Below are positions 31,701 through 41,754 of a stretch of 64,000 nucleotides of DNA, one piece after another; position 1 is the first letter of the stretch; each line of letters opens with the position of its first letter. The position numbers were made by a program, and so were the translations under genes. The stretch comes from an uncultured Lentimicrobiaceae bacterium (GTDB lineage: Bacteria > Bacteroidota > Bacteroidia > Bacteroidales > F082). The notes beneath the pieces were generated by a model, which did no database searches, was not told the DNA's origin, and saw nothing but the letters and a program-made list of their open reading frames with translations. The stretch is taken from positions 19,049 through 83,048 of the forward strand of contig CAZDWA010000002.1 of NCBI GenBank assembly GCA_964509065.1. Direction: 5' to 3'.

Positions 31701-34664
31701 TTATTGCACAATAAATTTCCGTACTACAATGGTATCAGAATAATGTATCAGTACAAAATAAGCTCCTTTTTTATAGTTTTCCAATGAAATATTCGTGTGC
31801 TGCAAGTTTGTGCTGTTAAATGCTTGCACCAATCTGCCGGACATATCCATCACTTTTATGCTACCACCCTCGCTAATTGCAGAACTGATAGTTATAGAAG
31901 AACTTGCCGGATTTGGAAATGCCACAAAAGAGCTTGTTTGTATTTCCTCTACATTTACATAGCCTGTTGTAAACTCAAGCATCTCGGACTGCTCTGACTC
32001 TTGACCTGCAGCATCAACGGTAGTAACAAACACCTGATATTCAGTATCTTGCTCGACATCGAGTATGATTTGTGTTCCTTCAGCTTGGTTTGTAACCGTG
32101 GTTGAATTCACATACACATTAAAATGACCGGGATCATTAATTGGAGGCATATCCCAAGAAACGGGTGCATACTGACCTTCCCGGATGATATCTTCATCCA
32201 CTCGCAGGTTTTCAGGTGCAGGAGGCACTTCATCCGTAGCATAATAATTCAAAACCCCATAATAAGTGGGGGTAAATGTAACATCATTATCTGCAGGCCA
32301 TTTACCGTCCCAAACGGTTTCCACAGCATCGCGTACAAAAAGGAATATACCGCTTGTTTGATCCGCTCCGGGGCTTATTTGCCAGTCCTCATCACCAAAA
32401 GGCAGCGCAAATTCAGCTATCTGACAGTCATCCGTCATAGAAAATGCTATATGTTGTTCCGGCAAATACATGGTTTCACCTACACCACCGGTATTATAAA
32501 TGGGGCGGTAACGGATACTGTGACCTGAGCTGCCATAATACATCCAATAATTACCTTCTGAATCATCATCAGGCTCAGGAAAAACTCCATCATTATTGTC
32601 ATCAATATAAAATGCCACCCCATCATTATCATGGAATGCCAAATCACGATAATTCTCTGAACATACATATAAGAAATCATCATCCATTTTAAAATAAAGA
32701 ATAGCTGTTCCCATTGGTATATCTTCCAAATAGTTCGACACATCTACCCTAAATGCATCATCCCATTCGCCGGCTGATTTAATTCCGTCAATGGTGGGTG
32801 CTGCACCAACATACACATCAATTTCATTAATAATTGCAGAGGTGGAAACATATCCTTGTACCGCAGGGGCAAAAGGTGTCTCCAAATCTTCCGACAAACG
32901 GGCGGTAACCGAATAATAATAACTAGTAGTTGGCACAGCAGCTTCATCCAAAAACTCAGTTGTTTCGGGTCCAATTACTGCAAAAGGATCGCCAAAAGGT
33001 GCATTCTCCGCCACTTTTCGATAAATACTATAGCCGGAAGATGCTTCTGCATGTGCATCCCATATCAATCGTACATAGTTATAAGCTCCTTGCGATGCAA
33101 ATAAATGCTGTACAGCCTCTCCGGCCGCTTCCATGGCAACATCTAAGTTAGTGACTTCACCATCAGAAATTACAACATCATTAATTGTTTGAGGATAATA
33201 GCCGGGAATACTGAAATTCACGCTATAGCTTCCTTCGGGAACAAATCTAATTGTATAAGATCCGTCTTCAGCCGTGGTTTCAAAATAATCATCAATGCCT
33301 TCAATCACTACTTTTACACCACTATGGTCATCAGCAATATCCAAATTCACGGTACCACTCAAAGTACCGGAGTTTGTTGGAACACAATTCACGAGATACG
33401 CATTTCCTCCGGAGCCCATCTCACGGGCATGTGTAGCTTTTCCTCCAATAAGGCAGCGTGTTCCGTCAGCCGACATATCAATACTCCATAAAGAACCTGG
33501 AGTATTCAAATCGCCTATGGGAGAAGTACTTTGTTTGCGGAAAAGATAAAAGTCCGGTGTAGAATGATTCATTGGACCATATGTTACACAGCCTATAATA
33601 CTTCCATCGTCAGACATGGCGACCTGATGCACCTCATCACCCATATTTTCAAATACCCAAATAGGTTCGGGGGAGTAGTTATTAAATAAATACAAGCAGC
33701 CATTATAGCCATTGCTCACGAAATCCAAGGTGCCGATTGCAATATATTTCCCGTCCGCAGAAATTGCCTGCCCTGAACCCCAGGTAGAAGAAGCACCCGG
33801 ACCTGCAATATTTGCTTTCCACACATATTCATACCTGCCATCCTCCCAACGCAATAAGCTTGCCGTACCGGAAAAATCGCCAAAAGCAAGGTATTCAGCA
33901 TTAGCACTAACAGCAAGTGTTTGCGATGGTGAGTTGTTGTAATAATAAATATCATCTTGCAACACTTCGCCGGTTTCGGGATTTAGTACCCAAATTGCTT
34001 GCTCGGGTCCGGCAAAAGCAGCAAAAAGCCTGCTGTCGTCACGTGGAAGCGTAAGACTTACGATATGGGTGGTCAACTCCTTGACAGACCACAAAGGCGT
34101 GCTGCCATCAATGGCATAATAGGATAAAGTAGTCGTATTATTCTCAGGAAAAGTGATATAAAATCCGGTCCCATCTTCTCTTACAGCCACTGCACGCACA
34201 TGCTCCGGGAAGCTGAGGTGATGTATGCTCTCGCCTGTGCTTGGATTTAAAATATTCAATTCCGTATCATCCACCACCACACAAGCTGTTCCGGCTTCAT
34301 TAGCATGATTGAGAGCCCAAGTGTCCTCAGTCCCAAACGCCCATTCTTCAACATTGGTGGCTCCGTACAAAGCTACCCTTTGGTCGTTCAACTGCCAGTT
34401 TACATAGGATTTTTCAGTATTAGGTGAATAAAAAACTTCTCCGGTTGTTGCACCGTCTTCAGGCTTATGCCATAAAATATCTAAGCCTGTAATAGCTTTG
34501 CTTGGAACCGCTGTCTGATTCCAATTCTCAATAAGTTCATAATTTCCCTTTACGGGATCGCTAATTGTCCTGGTTCCTTTTTGAGAAAAACCACTAAGCC
34601 CGACAAATAGCAATGCGGTTAATAGTAAAATAAATCTGTTCATAATTGTAAATTTTGGTAACAC
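31701..34664 (-). CDS. T9SS type-A CTD cargo protein with beta-propeller-like repeats, CarboxypepD_reg-like, Fn3-like and CBM9-like regions
   Basis: 987-aa ORF; the likely start is the internal MNRFILLLTALLF. The last ~80 aa (FPNPASSSITISS...IKVMDMSGRLV...GAYFVLIHYSDTIVVRKFIVQ) fit the Por secretion tail. Confidence 0.8.
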   Translation of the reverse strand: MLPKFTIMNRFILLLTALLFVGLSGFSQKGTRTISDPVKGNYELIENWNQTAVPSKAITGLDILWHKPEDGATTGEVFYSPNTEKSYVNWQLNDQRVALYGATNVEEWAFGTEDTWALNHANEAGTACVVVDDTELNILNPSTGESIHHLSFPEHVRAVAVREDGTGFYITFPENNTTTLSYYAIDGSTPLWSVKELTTHIVSLTLPRDDSRLFAAFAGPEQAIWVLNPETGEVLQDDIYYYNNSPSQTLAVSANAEYLAFGDFSGTASLLRWEDGRYEYVWKANIAGPGASSTWGSGQAISADGKYIAIGTLDFVSNGYNGCLYLFNNYSPEPIWVFENMGDEVHQVAMSDDGSIIGCVTYGPMNHSTPDFYLFRKQSTSPIGDLNTPGSLWSIDMSADGTRCLIGGKATHAREMGSGGNAYLVNCVPTNSGTLSGTVNLDIADDHSGVKVVIEGIDDYFETTAEDGSYTIRFVPEGSYSVNFSIPGYYPQTINDVVISDGEVTNLDVAMEAAGEAVQHLFASQGAYNYVRLIWDAHAEASSGYSIYRKVAENAPFGDPFAVIGPETTEFLDEAAVPTTSYYYSVTARLSEDLETPFAPAVQGYVSTSAIINEIDVYVGAAPTIDGIKSAGEWDDAFRVDVSNYLEDIPMGTAILYFKMDDDFLYVCSENYRDLAFHDNDGVAFYIDDNNDGVFPEPDDDSEGNYWMYYGSSGHSIRYRPIYNTGGVGETMYLPEQHIAFSMTDDCQIAEFALPFGDEDWQISPGADQTSGIFLFVRDAVETVWDGKWPADNDVTFTPTYYGVLNYYATDEVPPAPENLRVDEDIIREGQYAPVSWDMPPINDPGHFNVYVNSTTVTNQAEGTQIILDVEQDTEYQVFVTTVDAAGQESEQSEMLEFTTGYVNVEEIQTSSFVAFPNPASSSITISSAISEGGSIKVMDMSGRLVQAFNSTNLQHTNISLENYKKGAYFVLIHYSDTIVVRKFIVQ

Positions 34665-34835
34665 ATCAATCCTTCAAAGATACTATTTTTAAAATACAAA
34701 TCATAATAGAAAATTCTCATAATAAATAGGATAGGAACTAAAAAAAGTCGATAGGTTGTTAAGAAAACAGCTAAATCAATTTGTCGTTATAAAGAATGCT
34801 TTTTGTATTTTCGCAGTTTATTGGTATAAAACAGC

Positions 34836-35714
34836 ATGAAAGAAGAGCGATTTCATAAAAGACGATTAACGGGTTCATATATCACTTCCGTAATAAGCAT
34901 CGGTTTGGTTTTATTGTCTATCGGGCTTTTTGGTTTGGTATTGCTGAATGCTCACAAACTTTCCGAACTAATACGTGAAAATATCGGCTTTGAAATTATC
35001 ATGCATGATACCAGTAAAGAAGCCACAATTTTAGCGCTTCAAAAGCAACTTGATGAAAGTGAATATGTTAAATCAACAAATTATATCACACGCGAAGTAG
35101 CTACCAAACAATTGGCAGAAGATTTGGGAGAAGATTTTATTCAATGGCTAGGCGAAGAAGAAAATCCGCTCCTTCCATCAATTGATGTAAAATTTAATGC
35201 TGCTTGGGCAAATAACGACAGTCTGATGAAGTTGGAACAACAGCTTTCTTCAAATAAACACATCAAGGAAATTTATTATCAAAAATCGCTTATCCATCTG
35301 ATTGATCAAAATATAAACCGCATAAGTATTATTTTGCTTGGCTTTTCGGTTTTATTGTTAATTATTGCCATCGCATTGATTAATAATACCATAAGGCTAT
35401 CAATCTATGCCAAGCGTTTTCTTATCCGTAGCATGCAGCTTGTGGGAGCAACTGAAAAGTTTATCCGAAAACCATTTCTGGCACAAGCCGTGCTACAAGG
35501 AATTATCGGAGCACTTATTGCCTTACTGCTGCTGGCAACATTAATTTATTTTGCATTAAAAAATATTCCTGAGTTGCTGCAGTTACAAAATCAAATGGGC
35601 ATATTGATATTATTTGCAAGCATTCTTATTTTAGGTGTTGTACTCACCTCTTTTGCAACTTTTCTGGCAATTCGAAAATACCTGCGTGCAAAAACCGAAG
35701 AACTATTCGTTTAA
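34836..35714 (+). CDS. ftsX: cell division permease-like protein FtsX
   Basis: 292-aa ORF. The topology is one N-terminal TM segment, a periplasmic loop, then three C-terminal TM segments. It sits in the conserved Bacteroidota ftsX-DUF3098-uppP arrangement. Confidence 0.8.
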   Translation: MKEERFHKRRLTGSYITSVISIGLVLLSIGLFGLVLLNAHKLSELIRENIGFEIIMHDTSKEATILALQKQLDESEYVKSTNYITREVATKQLAEDLGEDFIQWLGEEENPLLPSIDVKFNAAWANNDSLMKLEQQLSSNKHIKEIYYQKSLIHLIDQNINRISIILLGFSVLLLIIAIALINNTIRLSIYAKRFLIRSMQLVGATEKFIRKPFLAQAVLQGIIGALIALLLLATLIYFALKNIPELLQLQNQMGILILFASILILGVVLTSFATFLAIRKYLRAKTEELFV

Positions 35715-35767
35715 TTTATTCGAATAGCTTACATTTGCCAAAACATAGAATCTTAACCTCATTCAAC

Positions 35768-36028
35768 ATGACAAAAAATAAGGCTAATCCCACAACAGAA
35801 CAAAATACAAGTCAGTTTCCGCTGACCCGTACAAATTATATTTGGGTGCTTATTGGACTGGCCTTCATCGTAGTAGGATTTTTATTGATGGCCGGCGGAG
35901 GCTCAAAAGACCCGGCAGTTTTCAGTGAAAAAATATTCAGCTTCAGGCGCTGGACACTTGCTCCACTGCTTGTATTGGCAGGATACGTCATTGAGATTTA
36001 TGCCATCATGAAAAAATCGGATGACTAA
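35768..36028 (+). CDS. DUF3098-like small membrane protein
   Basis: The track ORF starts at TTG 35735; I prefer ATG 35768 (MTKNKANP...). It has two TM segments (YIWVLIGLAFIVVGFLLMAGG and LAPLLVLAGYVIEIYAI). The position between ftsX and uppP is typical. Confidence 0.65.
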   Translation: MTKNKANPTTEQNTSQFPLTRTNYIWVLIGLAFIVVGFLLMAGGGSKDPAVFSEKIFSFRRWTLAPLLVLAGYVIEIYAIMKKSDD

Positions 36029-36159
36029 GTTTTATCCGGATATTTTGCATTTCAATACAAGCAGCGATAAGGCTGCTTCATTTGTTTTTGCATTTTTCCA
36101 CAGTGAAAACAATGATTTTGAAAAGGCTAATCACTTAGATACTTGTAACAAACAATATT

Positions 36160-36942
36160 ATGAATTGGATTGAAGCACTTATCCTTGGGCTTATACAAGG
36201 CTTGACCGAGTTTCTTCCGGTTAGCAGCAGTGGTCATTTGGAGCTAGGTAAATTTCTCCTTGGCGTAGAAGCTGAAGAAGGATTATTCTTTACCGTGGCA
36301 GTGCATGGTGCCACCGTATTAAGTACGCTGGTAGTTTTTCGAAAAGACTTGCTGGAAATTTTTAAAGGCTTGTTTGAATGGAAGTGGAATGAATCTTGGA
36401 AATTTGCGGTACGTATCGCTATTTCAATGATTCCCGTATTGATTGTAGGTTTGTTTTTTGCTGATTTCGTGGAATCTTTTTTTAGTGGCAACATTCGTTT
36501 TGTAGGTTCCATGCTGCTTTTGACAGCATTATTACTTGCTTTCACTTATTTCAAAAAATCAAATACCAAGCCCATCAGCATGTCCGATTCATTAATTATC
36601 GGTATTTCTCAAGCTTTTGCGGTACTGCCCGGTCTTTCTAGGTCCGGAGCCACAATTAGCACCGGCCTAATGTTAGGAAACAAACGTGAATTAGTGTCTC
36701 GGTTCTCATTTTTAATGGTTATCATCCCCATCCTTGGAGCAAACCTTTTAATGCTGCTGAAAAGTGGAGGAACTTCAAGTGTTTCAGTTGGAGCAGTGCC
36801 CTTACTAATCGGCTTCCTGACAGCCTTCGTATCCGGCTTGCTTGCTTGTAGGTGGATGATACGTATTGTTAATAAAGGAAAGCTGATATATTTTGCGATA
36901 TATTGTGCTGTCATCGGCGGTATCGCTGTACTCTTCGCATAA
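36160..36942 (+). CDS. uppP: undecaprenyl-diphosphate phosphatase
   Basis: 260-aa polytopic ORF. Motifs are GLIQGLTEFLPVSSSGHL and PGLSRSGATI. Confidence 0.9.
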   Translation: MNWIEALILGLIQGLTEFLPVSSSGHLELGKFLLGVEAEEGLFFTVAVHGATVLSTLVVFRKDLLEIFKGLFEWKWNESWKFAVRIAISMIPVLIVGLFFADFVESFFSGNIRFVGSMLLLTALLLAFTYFKKSNTKPISMSDSLIIGISQAFAVLPGLSRSGATISTGLMLGNKRELVSRFSFLMVIIPILGANLLMLLKSGGTSSVSVGAVPLLIGFLTAFVSGLLACRWMIRIVNKGKLIYFAIYCAVIGGIAVLFA

Positions 36943-36967
36943 ATTAAAGCCCTAAAACACGCATCTT

Positions 36968-37684
36968 ATGTTTAACTTTTTAGAAGGTGAACTGCTGTTG
37001 ATTGATAAACCTATTGAATGGACTTCATTTGATGTCGTAAACCATCTGCGTGTATTTATTCGTAAGCAAGTTGGCATTCAAAAGCTAAAAGTAGGTCATG
37101 CCGGCACACTCGACCCACTTGCAACCGGTTTATTGATTGTTTGCACCGGTAAAATGACCAAGCAGATACAGTTTTTACAAGACCACGACAAGGTATATAC
37201 CGGCACTATGCGGCTGGGCATGACAACACCTTCCTATGATTTAGAAACCGAAGCCGATGCCTATTTTCCGGTGGAGCACATCAAGCCGGAAGATATTGAA
37301 AAGCTAGGCCTCCAGTTTTTAGGCGAGCAAGAGCAATTACCACCAATTTATTCTGCCGTAAAGATAGACGGCAAACGCGCTTTCAAATATGCCAGAAAAC
37401 AACAAGATGTAGAACTTAAAACACGAAAAATTACTATTTCAAAGTTTGAGCTGGACATGTCCGCATTTCCGGATATACACTTTGAAGTGCACTGTAGCAA
37501 AGGCACTTATATCCGCAGTTTGGCACACGATTTCGGACAAAAGCTTGGCAGCGGAGCCACACTCACCGCTTTGAAAAGGATTCAATCCGGTCCATACAGC
37601 TTAGATGATGCACTTAGCTTAGACGAACTCAAAGATGCCATTAGCAAATTTGCTGCCAAAACGGATACAAACAGCCCTAAATAA
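36968..37684 (+). CDS. truB: tRNA pseudouridine(55) synthase
   Basis: 238-aa ORF. Motifs are KVGHAGTLDPLATGLL and YSAVKIDGKRAFKYAR. Confidence 0.9.
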   Translation: MFNFLEGELLLIDKPIEWTSFDVVNHLRVFIRKQVGIQKLKVGHAGTLDPLATGLLIVCTGKMTKQIQFLQDHDKVYTGTMRLGMTTPSYDLETEADAYFPVEHIKPEDIEKLGLQFLGEQEQLPPIYSAVKIDGKRAFKYARKQQDVELKTRKITISKFELDMSAFPDIHFEVHCSKGTYIRSLAHDFGQKLGSGATLTALKRIQSGPYSLDDALSLDELKDAISKFAAKTDTNSPK

Positions 37685-37826
37685 GCCATTATTTTCTTGA
37701 CGGAACAGCTTTCTTTTGAGTTAAGGGCTTGACAAAAGCTCTCTAATTGGTTACCTTTGTGTAACTCACGATACAGTGGTGAAAATTATTTAGGAAATAA
37801 AATTATATAAATTAATGTTTTTGCGA

Positions 37827-38876
37827 ATGAAATTATCACAATTTAAGTTTAACCTTCCCCAAACTCTAATTGCAAGCTATCCCCCAAAAAACCGTGACGA
37901 ATCACGTTTAATGGTACTCCACAGAAAAGACAAAACTATTGAGCATCGAATTTTTAAAGACATCCTCGAATATTTTCAGGACGGCGATTTATTTGTACTC
38001 AATAATACACGCGTCTTTCCTGCTCGCTTGCACGGTGAAAAGGAAAAAACCGGAGCTAAGATCGAAGTGATGTTGCTTCGGGAGCTAAACCCTGATAGCC
38101 GCCTTTGGGATGTGCTTGTTGACCCGGCACGAAAAATCAGAATCGGTAACAAGCTATATTTTGGTGAAGATGAATCACTGGTTGCGGAAGTCATTGACAA
38201 TACCACATCGCGCGGACGTACCTTACGCTTTTTGTTTGATGGTTCGTACGAAGAGTTTAAGGCAACGATTAACCGCTTGGGCGAAACACCTCTGCCAAAG
38301 ATTCACGAACGACCGGTTGAACCGGAAGATGCCGAATGGTATCAAACGATTTTTGCGAAACATGATGGTGCAATAGCTGCACCCACCGCAGGTATGCACT
38401 TTAGTCGCGAACTGCTGAAACGCCTTGAACTGCTTGGAGTTGATTTTGCGGAACTTACATTACATCCCGGAATGGGTAACTTCCGCGAGATAGAAGTGGA
38501 AGACCTGACCAAGCATAAGATGGATTCGGAAGACATGTCGATTGATGTCGATAATGCGCAAATCATCAATGATACAAAACAGCGTGGAAACATGGTTGTT
38601 TCAGTTGGCACAACTACAATGAAAGCATTGGAAACTGCCGTTACCATCCCGGGCAAGATACAGCCGTTTAATGGATGGTCAAACCGCTTTATTTTTCCAC
38701 CTTATGAGTTTTCGTTGGCAGACGCCTTAATAACGAATTTCCACTTGCCCAAGTCACCCATGATGATGCTGGCAGCAGCTTTTGCCGACTATGACTTTTT
38801 AATGAAAGCATATAAAATTGCCATTAATGAAAAGTATCAGTTCTTCTCATATGGTGATGCAATGCTTATCATTTAA
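37827..38876 (+). CDS. queA: S-adenosylmethionine:tRNA ribosyltransferase-isomerase
   Basis: The track ORF starts at 37815; the likely start is [11 protein letters not shown] at 37827. Motifs are [14 protein letters not shown] and [10 protein letters not shown]. Confidence 0.9.
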   Translation: MKLSQFKFNLPQTLIASYPPKNRDESRLMVLHRKDKTIEHRIFKDILEYFQDGDLFVLNNTRVFPARLHGEKEKTGAKIEVMLLRELNPDSRLWDVLVDPARKIRIGNKLYFGEDESLVAEVIDNTTSRGRTLRFLFDGSYEEFKATINRLGETPLPKIHERPVEPEDAEWYQTIFAKHDGAIAAPTAGMHFSRELLKRLELLGVDFAELTLHPGMGNFREIEVEDLTKHKMDSEDMSIDVDNAQIINDTKQRGNMVVSVGTTTMKALETAVTIPGKIQPFNGWSNRFIFPPYEFSLADALITNFHLPKSPMMMLAAAFADYDFLMKAYKIAINEKYQFFSYGDAMLII

Positions 38877-38896
38877 TGGTAATGGATTTATCATAA

Positions 38897-39123
38897 CCTG
38901 CATAATTCACCAATTCATAAGCTTGTCAATCAATATTTATTGTAATTGATTTGTGATCAATCTGTTAGAATGTTTTGCAGTGATTTAAAAAAGTGCTAAT
39001 TATAAAATGAATTTTGATTTAATTTTGGCAATTTTTACGTTATGAGCTGTTCGCAGTAGTTGGCTACAGCTTCACAGCTCACGCCTGAAAATCTCTCAAA
39101 ATTAAATTCATGAATTAAGCAGG
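38897..39123 (+). mobile_element. MITE-like element, full copy A (227 bp)
   Basis: The left end is CCTGCATAATTCA and the reverse complement of the right end is CCTGCTTAATTCA (12/13 terminal inverted repeat). It is flanked by ATAA on both sides (38893-38896 and 39124-39127). It lies between convergent queA and the thioredoxin-like gene. Confidence 0.75.
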
Positions 39124-39135
39124 ATAAACTAAAAA

Positions 39136-39152
39136 AGCCGGAAAATCCGGCT
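39136..39152. terminator. bidirectional rho-independent terminator
   Basis: AAAAA-AGCCGGA-AAA-TCCGGCT-TTTTT. The stem is flanked by an A-run and a T-run. It lies 9 nt from the stop of the minus-strand gene at 39161. Confidence 0.65.
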
Positions 39153-39160
39153 TTTTTAGT

Positions 39161-40270
39161 TTAATCTTCCAGCATTTCCGCAACTTTTTCCCGGAGATCT
39201 TTGCCCCTGAGATTTTTTGCAATAATAATTCCGTCAGCATCCAATAATACAGAATGAGGAATAGATTGTACGCCATATAATTTGCCGGCAGCATTTCCCC
39301 ATCCGTTTAAATCCGACACTTGTGTCCAAGTTAAATTATCTGACTCCACTGCAGCCAACCATTTTTCACGATCCGTATCAAAAGAAACACCAAATACATC
39401 AAAGCCTTTGTCGTGATAATCGGCATAAATTGAAACAATATTTGGGTTTTCGGCACGGCAGGGTCCACACCAAGCCGCCCAGAAATCAACAAGCAACAGT
39501 TTTGAACCTACCTTGGATGAAAGGCTTGTCATAATACCTTCCGGGTCTTCCTGAGAGAAATCCCTAAATGGCATTCCCACAGCAACGCTTTTCAATACGA
39601 GTACCCGTTCTTGTAGTGAAGTTAAATAAGATGAACTAACCTCCGAATCGAAATTGGATACCAATGATTCCAGCTCATCCAACTCAAATTGATAACTGTT
39701 TCTATATAAAATATAATGGGCTACCACATCTTTATCATTTTGTGAGATGAAGTCGGTCAAAAACTTGTTCTTTTCTACTTCTAACTTGTTAAATGCTTCA
39801 TCAGCAGCTTCTTTTGCCAGTTCATCACCGGATTCTTCTGCCGCCATATAATCCTTATAATGCTCGTACAATAACTCATCAAAACGATTTGATTTTTCGG
39901 TAAAACCAAGATAACGCTCATGTACATTGGAGCCGGAAATTACCGCATCGCGCATATCAGCTTGATTGATTTGGATTGTAATATCGGCCGGTTCGGCAAA
40001 AAATGGAATACTGCCACGCACATCTTCCAAATCAAGGAAAAGCATCTCCTCCTCATCCAAAAAACCTTGCAATACAAGTTGTCCGTTTTCAACCTGAGCC
40101 GAATCCAAAACAACCCATGAATCATCAAGCCTGCGTTGTACCTTTATCGTTTTCCCCTCGAAATCGTCAACGGCAATAAATAATTTGAACTGATCTGCCT
40201 TTTGCTCGGGCGATACAGCACATGAACTTAAAATGAAAATGGATAAGATGACTCCAATTAATTTTCTCAT
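39161..40270 (-). CDS. TlpA/AhpC-TSA family thiol:disulfide oxidoreductase lipoprotein
   Basis: 369-aa ORF with lipobox ILSSC. The C-terminal thioredoxin fold carries DFWAAWCGPC. The N-terminal ~230 aa resemble the accessory domain common in Bacteroidota TlpA-like proteins. Confidence 0.8.
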   Translation of the reverse strand: MRKLIGVILSIFILSSCAVSPEQKADQFKLFIAVDDFEGKTIKVQRRLDDSWVVLDSAQVENGQLVLQGFLDEEEMLFLDLEDVRGSIPFFAEPADITIQINQADMRDAVISGSNVHERYLGFTEKSNRFDELLYEHYKDYMAAEESGDELAKEAADEAFNKLEVEKNKFLTDFISQNDKDVVAHYILYRNSYQFELDELESLVSNFDSEVSSSYLTSLQERVLVLKSVAVGMPFRDFSQEDPEGIMTSLSSKVGSKLLLVDFWAAWCGPCRAENPNIVSIYADYHDKGFDVFGVSFDTDREKWLAAVESDNLTWTQVSDLNGWGNAAGKLYGVQSIPHSVLLDADGIIIAKNLRGKDLREKVAEMLED

Positions 40271-40405
40271 ATCGAAATTTTTTAATTATAACCTACAAAA
40301 CTATAAATAAATCGAACTTAGGACTTCACTCTATTCCGAATTTAACAAATAATTAAGGACTTAGCCGGGCTTTGGCTAATTAGCGATGTTTTAGACAGAA
40401 ATGTT

Positions 40406-40918
40406 TTATGATGAAGACCTCGAAACAAAAAAATAACTCAGCAACAGAATGATAATAATGGATGCAATACTGCTCAATGCAATACGAAGCAAGGTAAAAC
40501 CAAATCCATAAAAGCTAAAAACTTCCAATATAAACAGACTAAAATGATGTATGACCACCATGGTAAGCGTATAGGAAAGCCACCAACGGTCGCCCATTTG
40601 CGATAAGGAAGGAGCACCAATGTTTTCGGGCTCAAGACGGCCCGTAACCAAACGAATTACGGAAGGTCGGGCAAAGGCCATTAATACGGATGCTGCGGCA
40701 TGAAGTCCCGCTGTAGACATAAAGGAATCCATCAATAAGCCGGTGCCAAAGGCTGCTATCAACAACAACCAACCCGGGACACTAAAAGGCAGCATCATGA
40801 TGAATAAGATGTAAACAAAAGGATTTACATAGGCACCCAAATACATCTTATTCAGTATCCAAACCTGCAATAACATCAAGCCGGCAAAGCGTAATATCGG
40901 TATTATCACTTTATTCAT
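40406..40918 (-). CDS. mreD: rod shape-determining protein MreD
   Basis: 170-aa polytopic membrane ORF. It overlaps the end of mreC by 8 nt, in the mreB-mreC-mreD order. Confidence 0.7.
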   Translation of the reverse strand: MNKVIIPILRFAGLMLLQVWILNKMYLGAYVNPFVYILFIMMLPFSVPGWLLLIAAFGTGLLMDSFMSTAGLHAAASVLMAFARPSVIRLVTGRLEPENIGAPSLSQMGDRWWLSYTLTMVVIHHFSLFILEVFSFYGFGFTLLRIALSSIASIIIILLLSYFFVSRSSS

Positions 40919-41732
40919 TTGAACGAATTTTTGATAATTCTTCCAATTCTTCCTTATCCGAATTATAGATTACAAATGCATGCCGTAAGCTATTAAAATC
41001 GGTAGCAAAACGTATGCGTGCCGAGTTGAGACTCCCCTGTTCCGAAGGAATAAATTCCTCTACCGTGCCAACGACCATCCCCTCGGGAAACACAAACGAA
41101 TGACCGCTTGTAACAATCGTATCTCCCTGATTTAGCTCAACATGCGTGGGGATATCCACCACTTCGGCATAGCGATAATCACCTCCTTTCCAAACTAAGT
41201 TGGCAATTTGATTATCATGTTTTATACGTACACTCAAATTGGCATAACGGTGTAAAAGCGAAATAGCCGTTGCATATTTATTGGACACTCCAATAATAAT
41301 CCCGGCAACACCATCCGGACCAATCACCCCCATATCTTTTTGTATGCCGTCCTTTAAACCTTTATCCAAAATAAAATAATTATTTCGTTGCTGCACCGTG
41401 TTACTGACAACCCTGCATGGGATATATTCAAAAACTGCCGAATCCCCAATACTGTCATATACGGGAACAACTTCTTGCGCATAAAAGCTTAGCTGACGCT
41501 GCAGTTGGGCATTTTGCTCCTGTAATAATTGATTTTGCTTACGTAAACCAAAATAAGATTGAAAATTGGCGTTAACCGAATAAATTCTACCTGTCACGCT
41601 GTTTGAATAATTTGACAATACCGCCCGATGGTAGGTATGACTTCTGCTAAGTAATACTATAGATATCGCTTCCAACAGAATAAACAACAATATAAAATGA
41701 TGCTTCTGAAGAAATCGTAGCAAATTATTCAT
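40911..41732 (-). CDS. mreC: rod shape-determining protein MreC
   Basis: 273-aa ORF. It has an N-terminal TM segment, a coiled-coil region (QNQLLQEQNAQLQRQL) and beta-rich C-terminal domains (GDTIVTSG). It lies directly downstream of mreB. Confidence 0.85.
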   Translation of the reverse strand: MNNLLRFLQKHHFILLFILLEAISIVLLSRSHTYHRAVLSNYSNSVTGRIYSVNANFQSYFGLRKQNQLLQEQNAQLQRQLSFYAQEVVPVYDSIGDSAVFEYIPCRVVSNTVQQRNNYFILDKGLKDGIQKDMGVIGPDGVAGIIIGVSNKYATAISLLHRYANLSVRIKHDNQIANLVWKGGDYRYAEVVDIPTHVELNQGDTIVTSGHSFVFPEGMVVGTVEEFIPSEQGSLNSARIRFATDFNSLRHAFVIYNSDKEELEELSKIRSNE

Positions 41733-41754
41733 AACAGGGGCATATTTCCTTCAA

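Noticed and set aside
34617-34665. My hand count around GGTTT (34617-34621) seemed to put the first 15 codons (GTG, MLPKFTIMNRFILLL) one base out of frame with the rest of the 987-aa gene.
   Set aside because: The supplied ORF track reports one uninterrupted ORF, 31701..34664. Neighbouring ORF coordinates agree with the numbering, so I treat this as my own counting error and not as a frameshift.
37685-37826. Possible preQ1 riboswitch upstream of queA.
   Set aside because: No compact hairpin followed by an A-rich tail matching the preQ1-I/II cores is visible, and queA is not a typical preQ1-regulated gene.
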